DNA from: Octopus sinensis
Taxonomy: Eukaryota
Length of the DNA: 36,395 bases
Reading direction: 5' to 3'
NCBI RefSeq assembly: GCF_006345805.1
Contig: NW_021833124.1
Coordinates: forward strand, 1 to 36,395
Below are positions 22,189 through 34,295 of this stretch, in pieces; position 1 is the first letter of the stretch, and each line of letters begins with the position of its first letter. The notes beneath the pieces were generated by a model. The model worked only from the letters and a program-made list of their open reading frames with translations. It did not search any database and was not told where the DNA came from. Position numbers and translations under genes: made by a program.

Positions 22189-24281
22189 TTACTTACTTGT
22201 GTCGAAAGTTTTGGCTTCCTCGTTCTTTGATGTGTCTTCGAGGAGGTTTCTATATAGTTTTTGGGACAGATATTTCTGGAAACCCCCTACAGCATTTGGG
22301 AAGAGGGCTTTGAGTTTGTGGTGTTGTGTTTGTGTGATGTGTAGTATTTTGATGTGTTTGGGTGGTGTAGTGCGTGGATGATTGCTATTTTTAAAGTCAT
22401 CTTCACAAATGTTTGTGTATCCTGTGATGTACTCCATTAGTTTGGAGTCTTTTGTGTCTATCGCTGATAGCATTGTTTTTGTGGTGTTGGTGCTTGTTTT
22501 GTTGTGTATGGAGTTTTCAGGGTTCAGGTATCTCCCTGCTTTGGTTGCGATTTCTTGTTTGGTTTTTCTTGATCTTTTTCTTTTACCCCCTGTGGCTATT
22601 TGCCATTCTGTCGAACTTTCATCGTTAGATGAAAAGTCTGACGAATCAGCAGGGGGCAAGGGTAAAGCGTCTGGGTGTGTTTGTGCGGTTGTAGATATTG
22701 TTGTGGTGCGCGGGGAGGGTGTTGCTGGGGGGTTTGTTGTGGTTATTGTCTCTCCTACATCCTTGGTGCTTGTCTTCTTCGTTGTTATTCTTGGTGTTGG
22801 AATTGGTTTATTTGTTGTGGTGGTGATGATTCTGTTCTTGGCGCTGGTGTTGGTGTTGTTTGGTTGGGTTGGTTGTTCTTTGTTGTTTTTCCTGCATTTC
22901 CGCATACAGCTTCTTGACTAGCTGTCCATATTGTGGTGTGGGCAATAATCCTGGCTTTTGTGATTTTTCCTGTGGCTGTTGTTGTTGTTGTAATTTTGCG
23001 GCAGATTTGCACTCCTTTTTGAGGTGTGCCTCACTGCCACATGTATAGCATCGTGGCCTTCTGCCCTCGACTACTACGTATAACTTGCGGCCATCCTCAA
23101 GATGTACGTGGGTGGGGATTTTATTTATGTCCTCTTGACTTATGTGGAAGAGGAACTCTATTCTCTTTCCCAGCCAGTCCTTGTTTTCCGAAACACCGAT
23201 ATCTAGGATGTTTATGTCCTCCATTTCGGATGTTACGGCGGATGTAATCCACAGTTGTAGTCACTTGGGGGACACCACTGATAATGACTTTCGTCACCTT
23301 CTGGCCGAGGTAACTCGGTGTCAACGTTAGTTCATCAGAATGAAGGGTTATCGTTGAGAATTTCTTCGCCAACTCTTCATTCTGAAAAACCACCTGTACG
23401 TGTGCGAACTTGTTCGCCCAAGTCACACAATCCTTGTATCCCCAGATGGGGCGTAAGCACTTTTCGACTTTGTCTGTGCTTGCCTTTTCTGGACTTTTTG
23501 TTTTTTATTTGTGATTTTATATACAATTGTCTTTTTTTTCTCCTCATTCAGTATGTGCTGAGGTATGTGTAAGAGTATTTTTCCGTTTTGATTTGTAATA
23601 AGGTTTCTGCAATCTTTAATCTGTTGTGTAGTAAACGAAACTTTTGTTACCTTTCTTTTATCGCCTCGGCGAAGTTTGTTGTTGTTTTGTTATTGTTGTT
23701 ACTGTTGATGTTGATGGCAGGGGTGTGGGTTGTAGGTTTGTGGTTGCTGATTATGCAACTAGCAAGGGGTGGAAAATTGCCTGCGTAATTTAGTCCTGCA
23801 TTAGCGCAAATTTCGGCATTTCGTTTGCTTGTCGTCGTTATTTTTTCACTTGTTGGTGATGGAGTGAGCAGTGGTTGAAGGGAATTGTTGTGTCGTCGTC
23901 GTCGTTGTTGTTGTTGTTGTTGTTATTGTCGTTCTTGGTGACGGCGGTGGTGTTAGTAGTATTAGTAGCATTGACGGCACGGTCTTTGGTGGCGGTGATG
24001 GTGATGTTGGTATTGTTATTGGTGGCGACGTCTTTAGTAGGGATAGCAGTTTTAGTAGCAGATTCTGCCATGGTGTTGTTGTCGGTGTTGGTGGTGGTGG
24101 TGGACTCACTGATGGTGTTGACGGTGCTTGGCCTTGCGACCTTTGTTTTGTATTTGTTGCTGTTGTCGATGTTGATGGTGGCGGAGTTGTCAGGTTCAGC
24201 GTAAGGTAACAGAGCATCCTGTTTTTCTGCCTCTGCGTCACGGTTGACTTGCACCTCAGCCTCGTGGTGACCAGTGGCCAT
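22189..24281 (-). pseudogene. ORF1 (gag-like nucleic-acid-binding protein), frameshifted
   Basis: ATG at 24281 (MATGHH). Thr/Asn-rich low-complexity ends, an RRM-like segment (VQVVFQNEELAKKF...YLGQKVTKVIISGVP), and a zinc knuckle CYTCGSEAHLKKEC (CX2CX4HX4C). Confidence 0.82.
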
Positions 24282-24501
24282 TTTGGAAATAAAATGGCTA
24301 AATGAAACCACGAAGGCTATGAGATTTTTTCTTTTAAATTTTGCCCACAAGGGGCAAAATTTTGTGGAGATTTTATCAAAGGTTTACAGTGGATGTTGTT
24401 GCACAACTTTTAAACACAAAATATTTCACAATAAATAATTTTCAACGTACAAAATGACCAACTTACGTGGAGCCCATTTGACTAGCGTCCGTCGTCCGTC
24501 C

Positions 24502-24536
<35 letters not shown>

Positions 24537-24537
24537 G

Positions 24538-24600
<63 letters not shown>

Positions 24601-24612
24601 AACAGACAGATA
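24502..24612. repeat. (GATA)n microsatellite abutting the LINE 5' end
   Basis: Directly visible; same repeat and same strand as 17850-18297. Confidence 0.98.
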
Positions 24613-24619
24613 GATGTAA

Positions 24620-25035
24620 TAGGTTTTTCTTTGTTTTTGCTTGTTCAGTCATTGACTTTGGCCAGTACTGGAGCACCGCCTTTAGTCGAGCAAATCGAAT
24701 CCATGACTATTTTTTTGTAAGCATAGATACTTTTTTCTATCGGTCTTTTTGCTGAAACCGACTAAGTTACGGGAACGAAACACACCAGGTCGGTTGTCAA
24801 GCGACTGTGGGGAGAGGGGACAAACAACAGACACAGAAACATACAATTAAAAACACAACACACACACAATATAATATACAGATATATATGACGTCGGCTT
24901 ATCAGTTTCTGTCTACCAAATCAATTACACGGCCGAGGCATAGAAGAAACACTTGTCCAAGTGCTACGCAGTGGGACTGAACCAGAACCATGTGGTGCTA
25001 AGCAAGCTACTTATCACACAGCCACTCCTGCGCCT
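24620..25035 (-). mobile_element. Degenerate S1 SINE
   Basis: CAGTCATTGAC...GGAGCACCGCCTTTAGTCGAGCAAATCG...CACAGCCACTCCTGCGCCT. Confidence 0.85.
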
Positions 25036-25658
25036 ATATATATATGATATATATATAATAGACGAGAGGAGAGAGAGAGAGGACAGGAGACAGCAGACAG
25101 AGAGAGAGACAGAGAGAGACAGAGAGAGACAGACAGACAGACAGATAGAGATAGAGAGACGTATACATACATAGATATACATACACATATACATACACAT
25201 CCACACATATTAAATCAGTATGTGCATATCTGTGAATGTTTATTTGTAATGTGTTCGTGTTTATATCTTTCTATGTATATGCGTATATGTCTGTTTGCAT
25301 ACCTCCTGTGCGTTATTACTGCAATTTCGAAGACACTGAACGGTTTTTGATAGATATGTTGAAAATTAATTGTACAATATACTTCTGAACAGATGGGTTT
25401 GTTTATTTTCTTTCTCATCTCATTGTCATTTGTTTTTCTATCGCAGCTTCACTGCTTATATATCCAAGTTGATTGTCTACTTTCAGGTGGCTTCGAAGCT
25501 TTCTCGGAAGTTTTGGGAGCTATGAAGATATTGCCATTTCGTTTGTTGATCCATCATCAAAACGACGCAATAGGCTGCGGAAATTTCTACTGTGGAATGA
25601 ATTAAAAGAAAAGCTTGGATTGCGTACACTCATAACAAATCGTATACAAATCGTATAT

Positions 25659-26085
25659 AGGCGCAGGAGTGGCTGTGCGGTAAGTAGCTTGCTAACCAAC
25701 CACATGGTTCCGGTTTCAGTCCCACTGCGTGGCACTTTGGGCGAGTGTCTTCTACTATAGCCTCGGGCCGACCAATGCCTTGCGAGTGGATTTGGTAGAC
25801 GGAAACTGAAAGAAGCCTGTTGTATATATGTATATATATATATATATGTATGTATGTATGTGTGTGTGTGTTTGTGTGTCTGTGTTTGTCTCCCTAGCAT
25901 TGCTTGACAACCGATGCTGGTGTGTTTACGTCCCCGTCACTTAACGGTTCGGCAAAAGAGACCGATAGAATAAGTACTAGGCTTACAAAGAATAAGTCCC
26001 GGGGTCGATTTGCTCGACTAAAGGCGGTGCTCCAGCATGGCCGCAGTCAAATGACTGAAACAAGTAAAAGAGTAAAAGAGAGAGT
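25659..26085 (+). mobile_element. Full-length young S1 SINE
   Basis: AGGCGCAGGAGTGGCTGTG head, central microsatellite, (GTAAAAGA)n tail. Confidence 0.95.
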
Positions 26086-26429
26086 AATGACCTGTGCACA
26101 CACACGTAACATATTATACATAAAGATACATACACGTATGTACTATATGTGTGGGGGTTTATTTATAAATATAGATATAATGCTCATACACACACCACAT
26201 ACATACACCACACACACACACATACACACATGGTGGCTGCCCCCTCGTGATCGAGTATGGCCATTGCCCGAAGCTTAATCAATGTTGTTATCGTGCAATG
26301 CCTGTACAAGAAGAGTTTTTTTTTAAGTGAGGAAAGGCTGTGCACTGAGTCAATCCCACTGACTAAGCAACAGGAGCCATAATCCAAAAAGAAGAATAAG
26401 TCAACATCATCGGTAACCACTGAACCGCA

Positions 26430-26643
26430 GGTTTTATGTCGGAGTTATCCCAGTTATCTGAGTTACCTTCTCCTACAAGGATGCCTTAACAAAGGCTAGG
26501 AGTCCTTCACTCTTTCTTCTGTTGGCCTGCTCGCTTAGCCAGCGGGGTGGCGTCATTCGAAGGCTAAAACAATGCGAACGCATTGTGACCAGCGATGTGT
26601 AACAACATCTGATGGTCTGGTCGGTCACGTGACGTCACGTGAT
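26430..26643 (+). mobile_element. Tail-Y retroposon fragment with a different upstream sequence
   Basis: 26510-26643 matches the tail of 16753-17014. The upstream part (CCTTCTCCTACAAGGATGCCTTAACAAAGGCTAGGAG) is not head A and may be a LINE 3'UTR. Confidence 0.7.
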
Positions 26644-26864
26644 ATATGTATGTATGTATGGATGTATGTATGTATGTATGTATGTATGCATGTATGTATG
26701 TATGTGAGTTCTTCTTTCTTTGTCCTCGGTGTTATCTTTCCAATAGATCTCATTATATGTACAGTATCCTAGCTACATCGTGTCACATTGGTGGATAATA
26801 CCGTGGAGACATTTTCAGACAAATGCTTTATGGCATGGGTGATACCTTCGGTGTTAACTTCACA

Positions 26865-27262
26865 TGTATGTACGTATGTATGTATGTATGTATGTATGTA
26901 TGTATGTATGTATGCATGCATGCATGTATGTATGTATGTATGTATGTATGTATACTTGTATGTATGCATGTATGTATGTATGTATGTATGCATGTATGTA
27001 TTGTATGTATGTATGTATGTATGTATGTATGTATGTATGCATGTATGTATGTATGTATGTATGTATGTATGCATGCATGTATGTATGTATGCATGTATGT
27101 ACGTATGCATGTATGTACGTATGTATGTATGTATGTATGTATGTATGCATGCATGTATGTATGTATGCATGTATGTACGTATGCATGTATATATGTATGT
27201 TTGCATGTATGTATGTATGTATGTATGTATGTATGTATGTATGTATGTGTATCTATGTATCT
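26865..27262. repeat. (TATG)n microsatellite with TGCA variants
   Basis: Directly visible. Confidence 0.97.
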
Positions 27263-27268
27263 ATGTAG

Positions 27269-27590
27269 TAAGGTGCGTTGCTTAGTGGGTAGGGTATTCG
27301 GCTCACCATCGTAACGTCGCGAGTTCGATTCTCGGCGGGGCATTGTGTTCTTAAGCGAGACACTTTATTTCACATTACTCCAGTCCACTCAGCTGGAAAA
27401 AATAAGTTGTACCAATAATTCAAAAAGACCAGCCTTGTCACATTTTCTGTCACGCCGAGTCTCCCTGAGAACTACGTTAAGAGAATACATGCCTGTGGAG
27501 TACTCAGCCACTTGCACGTTAATTTCAGAAGTAGGCTGTTCTGTTGATCAGATCAACTGGAACCCTTATGGTCATAACCGACGAAGTGCC
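27269..27590 (+). mobile_element. tRNA-derived SINE (head B, CORE-like body, tail X)
   Basis: GCTTAGTGGGTAGGG...GAGTTCGATTC head, a CTCCAGTCCACTCAGCTGG body, and tail X ending ACCGACGAAGTGCC. Confidence 0.85.
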
Positions 27591-27609
27591 GGTTTTTTTT
27601 CTTCGTGTA

Positions 27610-27992
27610 TACTCTTTATTCATTTCCTTGTTTCAGTCATTGCACTGCGGCCATGATGGAGCATCACCTTTTCGTCGAACAAATCGACCCCAGGACTTAT
27701 TCTTTGTAAGCCTAGTACCTACTGTATCGGTTTGTTTTTGCCGGTTTGTTTTATGGGGACGTAAACACACCAACACTGGTTTCAAGCGCTGGCGTGGGGG
27801 TGGGCGGGACAAACACGGACACACAAGCATATACATATATATACGACGGGCTTCTTTCTACCAAATCCACTCACAAGGCTTTGGTCGGCCCGAAACTATA
27901 GTAGAAGACAGTTGCCCAAGGTGCCACGCAGTGGGACTGAACCCGGAACCATGTGGTTGGGAAGCAAGCTTCTTACCACACAGCCACGCCTA
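27610..27992 (-). mobile_element. Degenerate S1 SINE
   Basis: GTTTCAGTCATT...CCAAATCCACTCACAAGGCTTTGGTCGGCCC...ACCACACAGCCAC. Confidence 0.88.
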
Positions 27993-28114
27993 TGTTTATT
28001 TGTATGCATGTATGTATATATGAATGCATGTATGCAGGTATGTAATTATGCTTATAGGCATACATATACATGGATACATGTTTGCATGTATGCATATATA
28101 TAATATATATATAT

Positions 28115-28495
28115 CTAGCAGTATCGCCCGGCGTTGCTCAGGTTTGTAAGGGAAAAAACTATAAAGCATTTTTAGAGAGTTATAGCGCAAAAAATAGCAA
28201 AAAAATGGAAAAGAAATGATGGTAAATTTTTTTGAGAGTTAAAAAAAGGTGGAGTTGCGTCCCCTAGACGGTCTGTGGTTTGGGTTTCTGATTCTCGACC
28301 CCATGTCGAATTTATCGATTTTTTCAGAACTGGGGGAACTTTTCAAAATTTTCGCTGCGTTAGTTTTGAATTATGACATTGGCTATGTGTGTGTCAAGTT
28401 TCATCAGAATCGGTTGAAAGCCGTGGTCAGAGTGAGGGTACGAGAAAACAGACACACAGAAAACGCACAGACAAACTGCCGTTTATATAGAGAGA
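28115..28495 (-). mobile_element. Non-autonomous Helitron-like element
   Basis: Minus strand starts A|TCTCTCTATATAAACGGCAGTTTGTCTGTG and ends CCTGAGCAACGCCGGGCGATACTG-CTAG; its 3' ~90 bp are nearly identical to 36060-36150. Confidence 0.78.
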
Positions 28496-28532
28496 TATAT
28501 TATATATATATATATATATATCTATATATATA

Positions 28533-28567
<35 letters not shown>

Positions 28568-28992
28568 CATGTATTTATGCGAAGTCTAAGCTTACAGTGA
28601 AAGGGAAAGGAACAGTGGGAGTGTTGTGTGACCAAGTACGCGTATATATATATATATGTGTGTGTGTATGTGTGTGTGTGTGTGTACTTTTATGTTTGTA
28701 CGCGTGCTTGTGCACACACGTCTGTGCACGCGCGTGCGTGTTTGTGTATGTGTATGTATGTATGTGTGCGTGCGTGGGTGTGCGTGCGTGCGTATATGTG
28801 TGTGTGTGTGTGTGTGTGTGTTATATACAAGGGAATTACTGTGTGTATAAAAGCATACCGAAGCAAAATATATGTATACGTTTAATTTGATATTTTTATC
28901 TAATTTTACTCATATATTAATGAACAGAACTCCTTTTTCCTGTTTACGCAGTTATTGATACGCGTACTCACACACACACACACACACACACA

Positions 28993-29026
<34 letters not shown>

Positions 29027-29153
29027 ACACATACACACACACACACGCGCGCGCATATCCGCGCACATACACACATACATACGCACATAGATTCACACAT
29101 AGATACACACTCACTTACGTACAAATAAACACAAAACGCACAAATTGCACACA

Positions 29154-29318
29154 GGCGCAGGAGTGGCTGTGTGGTAAGTAGCTTGTCTACCAACCGCATG
29201 GTTCCGGGTTCAGTCCCACTGCGTGGCACCTTGGGTAAGTGTCTTCTACTATAGCCTCGGGCCGACCAAAGCCTTGTGAGTGGATTTGGTAGACGGAAAC
29301 TGAAAGAAGCCCGTCGTA

Positions 29319-29351
<33 letters not shown>

Positions 29352-29578
29352 TATGCGTGTATATGTTTGTGTGTCTGTGTTTGTCCCCTAGCATTGCTTA
29401 ACAACCGATGTTGGTGTGTTTATGTACCCGTCACTTGGCGGTTCGGCAAAAGAGACCGATAGAATAAGTACTGGGCTTACAAAAAGAATAAGTCCCGGGG
29501 TCGAGTTGCTCGATTAAAGGCGATGCTCCAGCATGGCCGCAGTCAAATGACTGAAACAAGTAAAAGAGTAAAAAGAGT
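29154..29578 (+). mobile_element. Full-length S1 SINE
   Basis: Same architecture as 25659-26085. Confidence 0.95.
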
Positions 29579-29643
29579 ATACACATGCGCACATATACAG
29601 GCATGCACATGTACACACTTAAACACACAATAATCATACGATC

Positions 29644-29780
29644 CGAGTTCAAACCCTGCCGAAATCGACTTTGCCCTTTTCCCTTCCAGGGTTGATAAAA
29701 GTACTAGTTGAACACTGGGGTTAATGTAATCGACTTAACCCTCGCCCCTTCGAAATTGCAAGCCTTGTGCCAAAATTTAA
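29644..29780 (+). mobile_element. Headless, degenerate S2 SINE with an alternative tail
   Basis: GAGTTCAAACCCTGCCGAAATCGACTTTGCC...CACTGGGG...AATCGAC...GCCTTGTGCCAAAATTT. Confidence 0.7.
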
Positions 29781-29989
29781 AACCAGTATCCCTCTCATGT
29801 ACGCATGCAAAAACACACACACACACACACACACGCACACACACACACATACAAAATTGCGCATACACACATGTAGTCGCACTGAAACACACACACACCA
29901 ATACACACATGTACATAGACAGAACGAGCACACACACATATACACACACTAGCGCAATGTCACATATACATGTACACATACACATATAT

Positions 29990-30400
29990 ACACATACATA
30001 CTTTGATTATGCATGCATACATGCATAAATACATACATACACGCATAATACATACATACATACATAAATACATAAATATACGCATAATACATACATACAT
30101 ACATACATACATGCATACATACATAATACACACATACATACATACATACAAACATACATACATACATACAAACATACATACATACATACATACAAACATA
30201 CATACAAACATACATACATACATACAAACATACATACATACATACAAACATACATACATACATACATACATACATACATACATACATACATACATACACA
30301 CATACATACATACATGCATAATACAAACATACATACATACAGACATACATACATACATACATACATACATACATACATACATACATACATACATACATAA
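29990..30400. repeat. (CATA)n microsatellite
   Basis: Directly visible. Confidence 0.97.
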
Positions 30401-30677
30401 GGAACAATCCGTCGGTTGCGACGACGACATTCCCAGCTTATACGAAATTAACGTGTATGTGGTTGAGCAATCCACAGACAAGTGTACCCCTAACGTAGTT
30501 CTCGGGGAGATTCGGCGTGACACAGAGTGTGACAAGGTGGCCCTTTGAAATACAGGTACTACTCATTTTTGCCAGCTGAGTGGACTGGAGTGGAGTGAAA
30601 TAAAGTGTCTTGCTCAAGGACACAACGACCTTACGATCATGAGTCGAATGCTCCTAACCACTAAGCCACGCGCCTTC
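30401..30677 (-). mobile_element. SINE (head B + tail X), flanked by (CATA)n on both sides
   Basis: Homologous to 27269-27590, with a deletion over the B box. Confidence 0.85.
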
Positions 30678-30702
30678 ACACATACATACATACATACATA
30701 CA

Positions 30703-30734
<32 letters not shown>

Positions 30735-31359
30735 AACAAAATGTGATTGCAGTGATACGATTTCCCGCAATGCCGTCGCTTGATTGTTCTGGTAAAGCAG
30801 TACGCCATTAAGCCCCTCATTACTACCAGAGACCTTCATTTCTTTCGCACAAATGTACCCACAAAGGGCACCTCTTTCAGTAGGCGTTAAGAGAGTACCC
30901 TGCTTTCGGTCAGCCATATTCAACTGGTATTTATTTTATCGATCCCGAAAGGATGGAAGGCAAAGTTGATCCCAGCGGCATTTGAACTCAGAATGTAAAG
31001 ACATGCCAAGGATTTTGTCTACTCCCCGTCTTATAGTCGAGTATAATCGTCATCTATTGATGGTAGTTCTAAAGTGTCCAACGTTGGTTTAATAAGCGAA
31101 ATATCCGGAATTACAATTTGGAAATACCCGGTTGCTATTTTTATGTCTAAAACAGAAAGAAGTTTCGATTCTACCCTCATAAACTGTTAGAGATCTCGTG
31201 GAGGAAATCTACCGCGTTCTTCGTTTTCAGTTCAACACTTGTACAGTCATATAGGTGGGTGTGTAGTTAGTCATCATGCACACGCGCACACACACTCACT
31301 TGTGTGCATATATATATATATAATATATAATAATATTATATATATATGTGTGTTGTGTG

Positions 31360-31393
<34 letters not shown>

Positions 31394-31443
31394 GCGTGCG
31401 TGTATGACCATATATATATGCACATATATATATGCATACATAT

Positions 31444-31610
31444 AGGCGCAGGAGTGGTTGGTGGTAAGTAGATTGCCTTCCAACCACATAGTTCCGGGGT
31501 TCAGTCCCACTGTGTGGCCACCTTGGGCAAGTGTCTCCTACTATAGCCTCGGGCCGACCAAGCCTTGTCAGTAGATTTGGTTGACGGAAACGGAAGAAGC
31601 CCGTCGTATA
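31444..31610 (+). mobile_element. S1 SINE 5' half ending in (TA)n
   Basis: AGGCGCAGGAGTGG...GGTTCAGTCCCAC...GAAGCCCGTCGTATATA. Confidence 0.88.
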
Positions 31611-31716
31611 TATATATATATATATATAAATATTATTAGAGACAAACCACTATTTTTGCAAAACAACAAGGAAAGACTTAATCAAAACATAAATTTTAAA
31701 AATAGTCAAAAAACCG

Positions 31717-31758
31717 CCACTACAATCGTTCTTGTCTTGATCGACAATCTTCAGGTGG
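31717..31758 (-). ncRNA. Second hammerhead-like motif (one core A missing) within a ~150-bp insert in (TA)n
   Basis: Minus strand CCAC-CTGAAGA-TTGTC-GATCAA-GACAA-GAA-C-GATT-G-TA-GTGG. Stems I, II and III can all be drawn; GAAA is reduced to GAA. Confidence 0.55.
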
Positions 31759-31811
31759 ACTTCCAATAAGTCGTTTCAAATATATATATACTATATATAT
31801 ATATATATATA

Positions 31812-31851
<40 letters not shown>

Positions 31852-32009
31852 TATACATATACCGAAGTAAGCACGTAAATGTGAAACAAGGTGGAAAAAA
31901 GAGTACTCAAATACCAGAGGTAGAGTAATATGCTTTATTTAAAAGCAGCAGAAACATAACAAAAGCTGTGACTCAGAGTTTCACGTTCACGTTCGACGAA
32001 TTCCTACAT

Positions 32010-32395
32010 TCGTCTGTCTTTACCTTCTGAGTTCAAATTCCGCTGAGGTCGACTTTGCCTTTCATCCTTTCGGGGTCGATAAATTAAGTATCAGTTACGT
32101 ACTGGGGTCGATCTGATCGACTGCTGCTTCCTCCTCCAAAATTTCGACCCTTGTGCCTAGAGTAGATATGAATATTCCTACATTGCTAAGGTGGCGAGCT
32201 GGAAAAAACGTCAGCACGCCGGAGGAAATGCTTAGCAGTATTTCGTCTGTCTTTACATTCTGAGTTCAAATTCCGCCGAGGTCGACTTTACCTTTCATCT
32301 TTTCGGGGTCGATGAATTAAGTACCTGTTGCATACTGGAGTAGATCTAATCGACTGGCTTTCTCCCCCAAAATTTCGGGCCTTGTGCCAAGAATA
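32010..32395 (+). mobile_element. Two tandem S2 SINEs with the alternative CCTTGTGCC tail
   Basis: Both contain GAGTTCAAATTCCGC...GGTCGACTTT...CATC...GGGGTCGAT and end AAAATTTCG...CCTTGTGCC..AG.A.AGA. Confidence 0.88.
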
Positions 32396-32863
32396 GAAAA
32401 AAAATTCCTATATTTTTCCTTTCAAAACACATCTCAACGAACATTAACCGCCAACACATTTATCTCTACAAACTATGTACCATTGCAATTTGTCTTTATT
32501 TTCGTGTATGTCTATCTACGAAATTCTTGCCATTAGCAGGCTGTTATAACCTTGTGTTACAACCACAATACAAACACACAGAGAGTGCTTTAGTGAGTTT
32601 TGGCACAGCGGAATCTTTGCCTAACTGTTTATCCTAGGCATATTATGTCGTCGTTCGACCGTAGCTATGAGAGATAAATTTATTGTTACAATCATATTTC
32701 ATGCTCTCGAACACTCAAAACTCATACGAAAATGCGTCGTAAGAAATTTAGTAGGAAATTAGGCAAAGCTCTGAAACGAGGGGTACTATTAAAAAATCTA
32801 TTAGGAAAGCAAATGTTACGCTGTATATATATGTTTTTGTACGTAATACATATGTATGTATGC

Positions 32864-32916
<53 letters not shown>

Positions 32917-32921
32917 TATGC

Positions 32922-33079
32922 AGGGGCAGCGTGGCTGTGTAGTAAGTAGCTTGGTTCCTAATCTCATGGCTCCGGATTCAGTTCCACTGCGTGGTACCTT
33001 GGGCAAATGTCTTCTGTAGCTTCGGGCCGAGCAAAGCCTTGTGAGTGGACTTGGTCGACGGAAGCTAAAAGAGCCCAGT

Positions 33080-33131
<52 letters not shown>

Positions 33132-33232
33132 GTGTATGTGTGTGTGTTGTGTGTGTTTGTGTGCTGGGGTCGATTTGTTCGACTAAAGGCGGCGCTCCAG
33201 CATGGCTGCAGTCAATGACTGAAACAAGTAAA
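32922..33232 (+). mobile_element. Degenerate, internally deleted S1 SINE
   Basis: GTGGCTGTGTAGTAAGTAGC head and CTCCAGCATGGCTGCAGTCAATGACTGAAACAAG tail. Confidence 0.85.
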
Positions 33233-33722
33233 TGAATATACATACACACATTCACACACACACACGCAATATATACTTTGAAGACATATGCATATCTATA
33301 TGTATGTATATGCATCTATCTATTTATTTATCTATCTCTCTATCTACTTACATGTACATATACGCATGTATATACACGTATGCATATGAGTCCCAGTTTG
33401 GTGTTTGCAAGTACTTGGACACTTATAAAGCAACTTCACGAATAAATTAAGATGAACATCTAAGATGAACTAAATAGTGCATTATCTGTTCATACCGTTT
33501 TACATCTTGTTACTCAATGTCTCATGCCTGGTGGACAATCACCAGATGAATGGTCTGTTACTATGTCCGAATGAAAATCACTTTCCCGTACACAAGCGCA
33601 ATACATACATACATACATACATACATACACACACACAGACACACACACACCACACACACAACACACACACACACAACACACACACACACACACACATTAT
33701 ATATATATATATATATATATAT

Positions 33723-33858
33723 AAAGGGAAAGTTTACGAAAATAAACAAAAGACGAAGGCAGGTGGAGTACAAACAAACAAATGTATTAGTATAGCGTTC
33801 AGGAATAGAAAAAGTCTTTTACGTTTCGAGCCTACGCTCTTCTTCAGAAAGATACACA
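33723..33858 (-). mobile_element. Hammerhead-bearing mini-element (Penelope-like), second copy
   Basis: Homologous to 2128-2271; its 3' end runs into (TA)n. Confidence 0.72.
33815..33852 (-). ncRNA. Minimal type I hammerhead ribozyme, core intact
   Basis: TCTTT-CTGAAGA-A-GAGC-GTAG-GCTC-GAAA-CG-T-A-AAAGA: 5-bp stem I, CUGANGA core plus one extra A, 4-bp stem II, GAAA, palindromic ACGT mini stem III, and a UA cleavage site. Confidence 0.72.
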
Positions 33859-34255
33859 GAAAAAAACAAGGAGAGAAACAAGGGAAGAAAAAAATAGAAG
33901 AGAAAAAAATATATATGTACAACCGTATTGGTAAATAAATTCAATAAGTATACACACACACACACACACACACACATACACATATTTACATATATCATGG
34001 ATTCTCCAGTCGTGCGTGTTCTGCAATTTCTTGCTGAACATCCACACTGATGATTTGTTCATGGTGACAAAATGGTGACTAAATCTTCACATAAGCTCGC
34101 ATTCTCTCCATCAAATCGATATTACCTGTACAGGTGTACGACGTGTCACATGTCAGATGATGAAATGAAGTGCTTTTAACAAGAACACAAGGCAACGCAT
34201 ATGAACCTCTAATAATATAATATATATTTATCATATATAAGATAATAATATATAA

Positions 34256-34290
<35 letters not shown>

Positions 34291-34295
<5 letters not shown>

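Larger units (their letters stand above)
18298..24501 (-). mobile_element. Apparently full-length L1/Tx1-clade non-LTR retrotransposon (~6.2 kb) inserted in (TATC)n
   Basis: 5'UTR, CCHC-knuckle ORF1, APE-RT-zinc finger ORF2, and a 3'UTR ending AATAAAGAAACA. Both ends abut (TATC)n. Confidence 0.92.

Noticed and set aside
19031-23788. Plus-strand ORFs overlapping the LINE
   Set aside because: Antisense shadows of a GC-rich coding region and of low-complexity ORF1, with no motifs.
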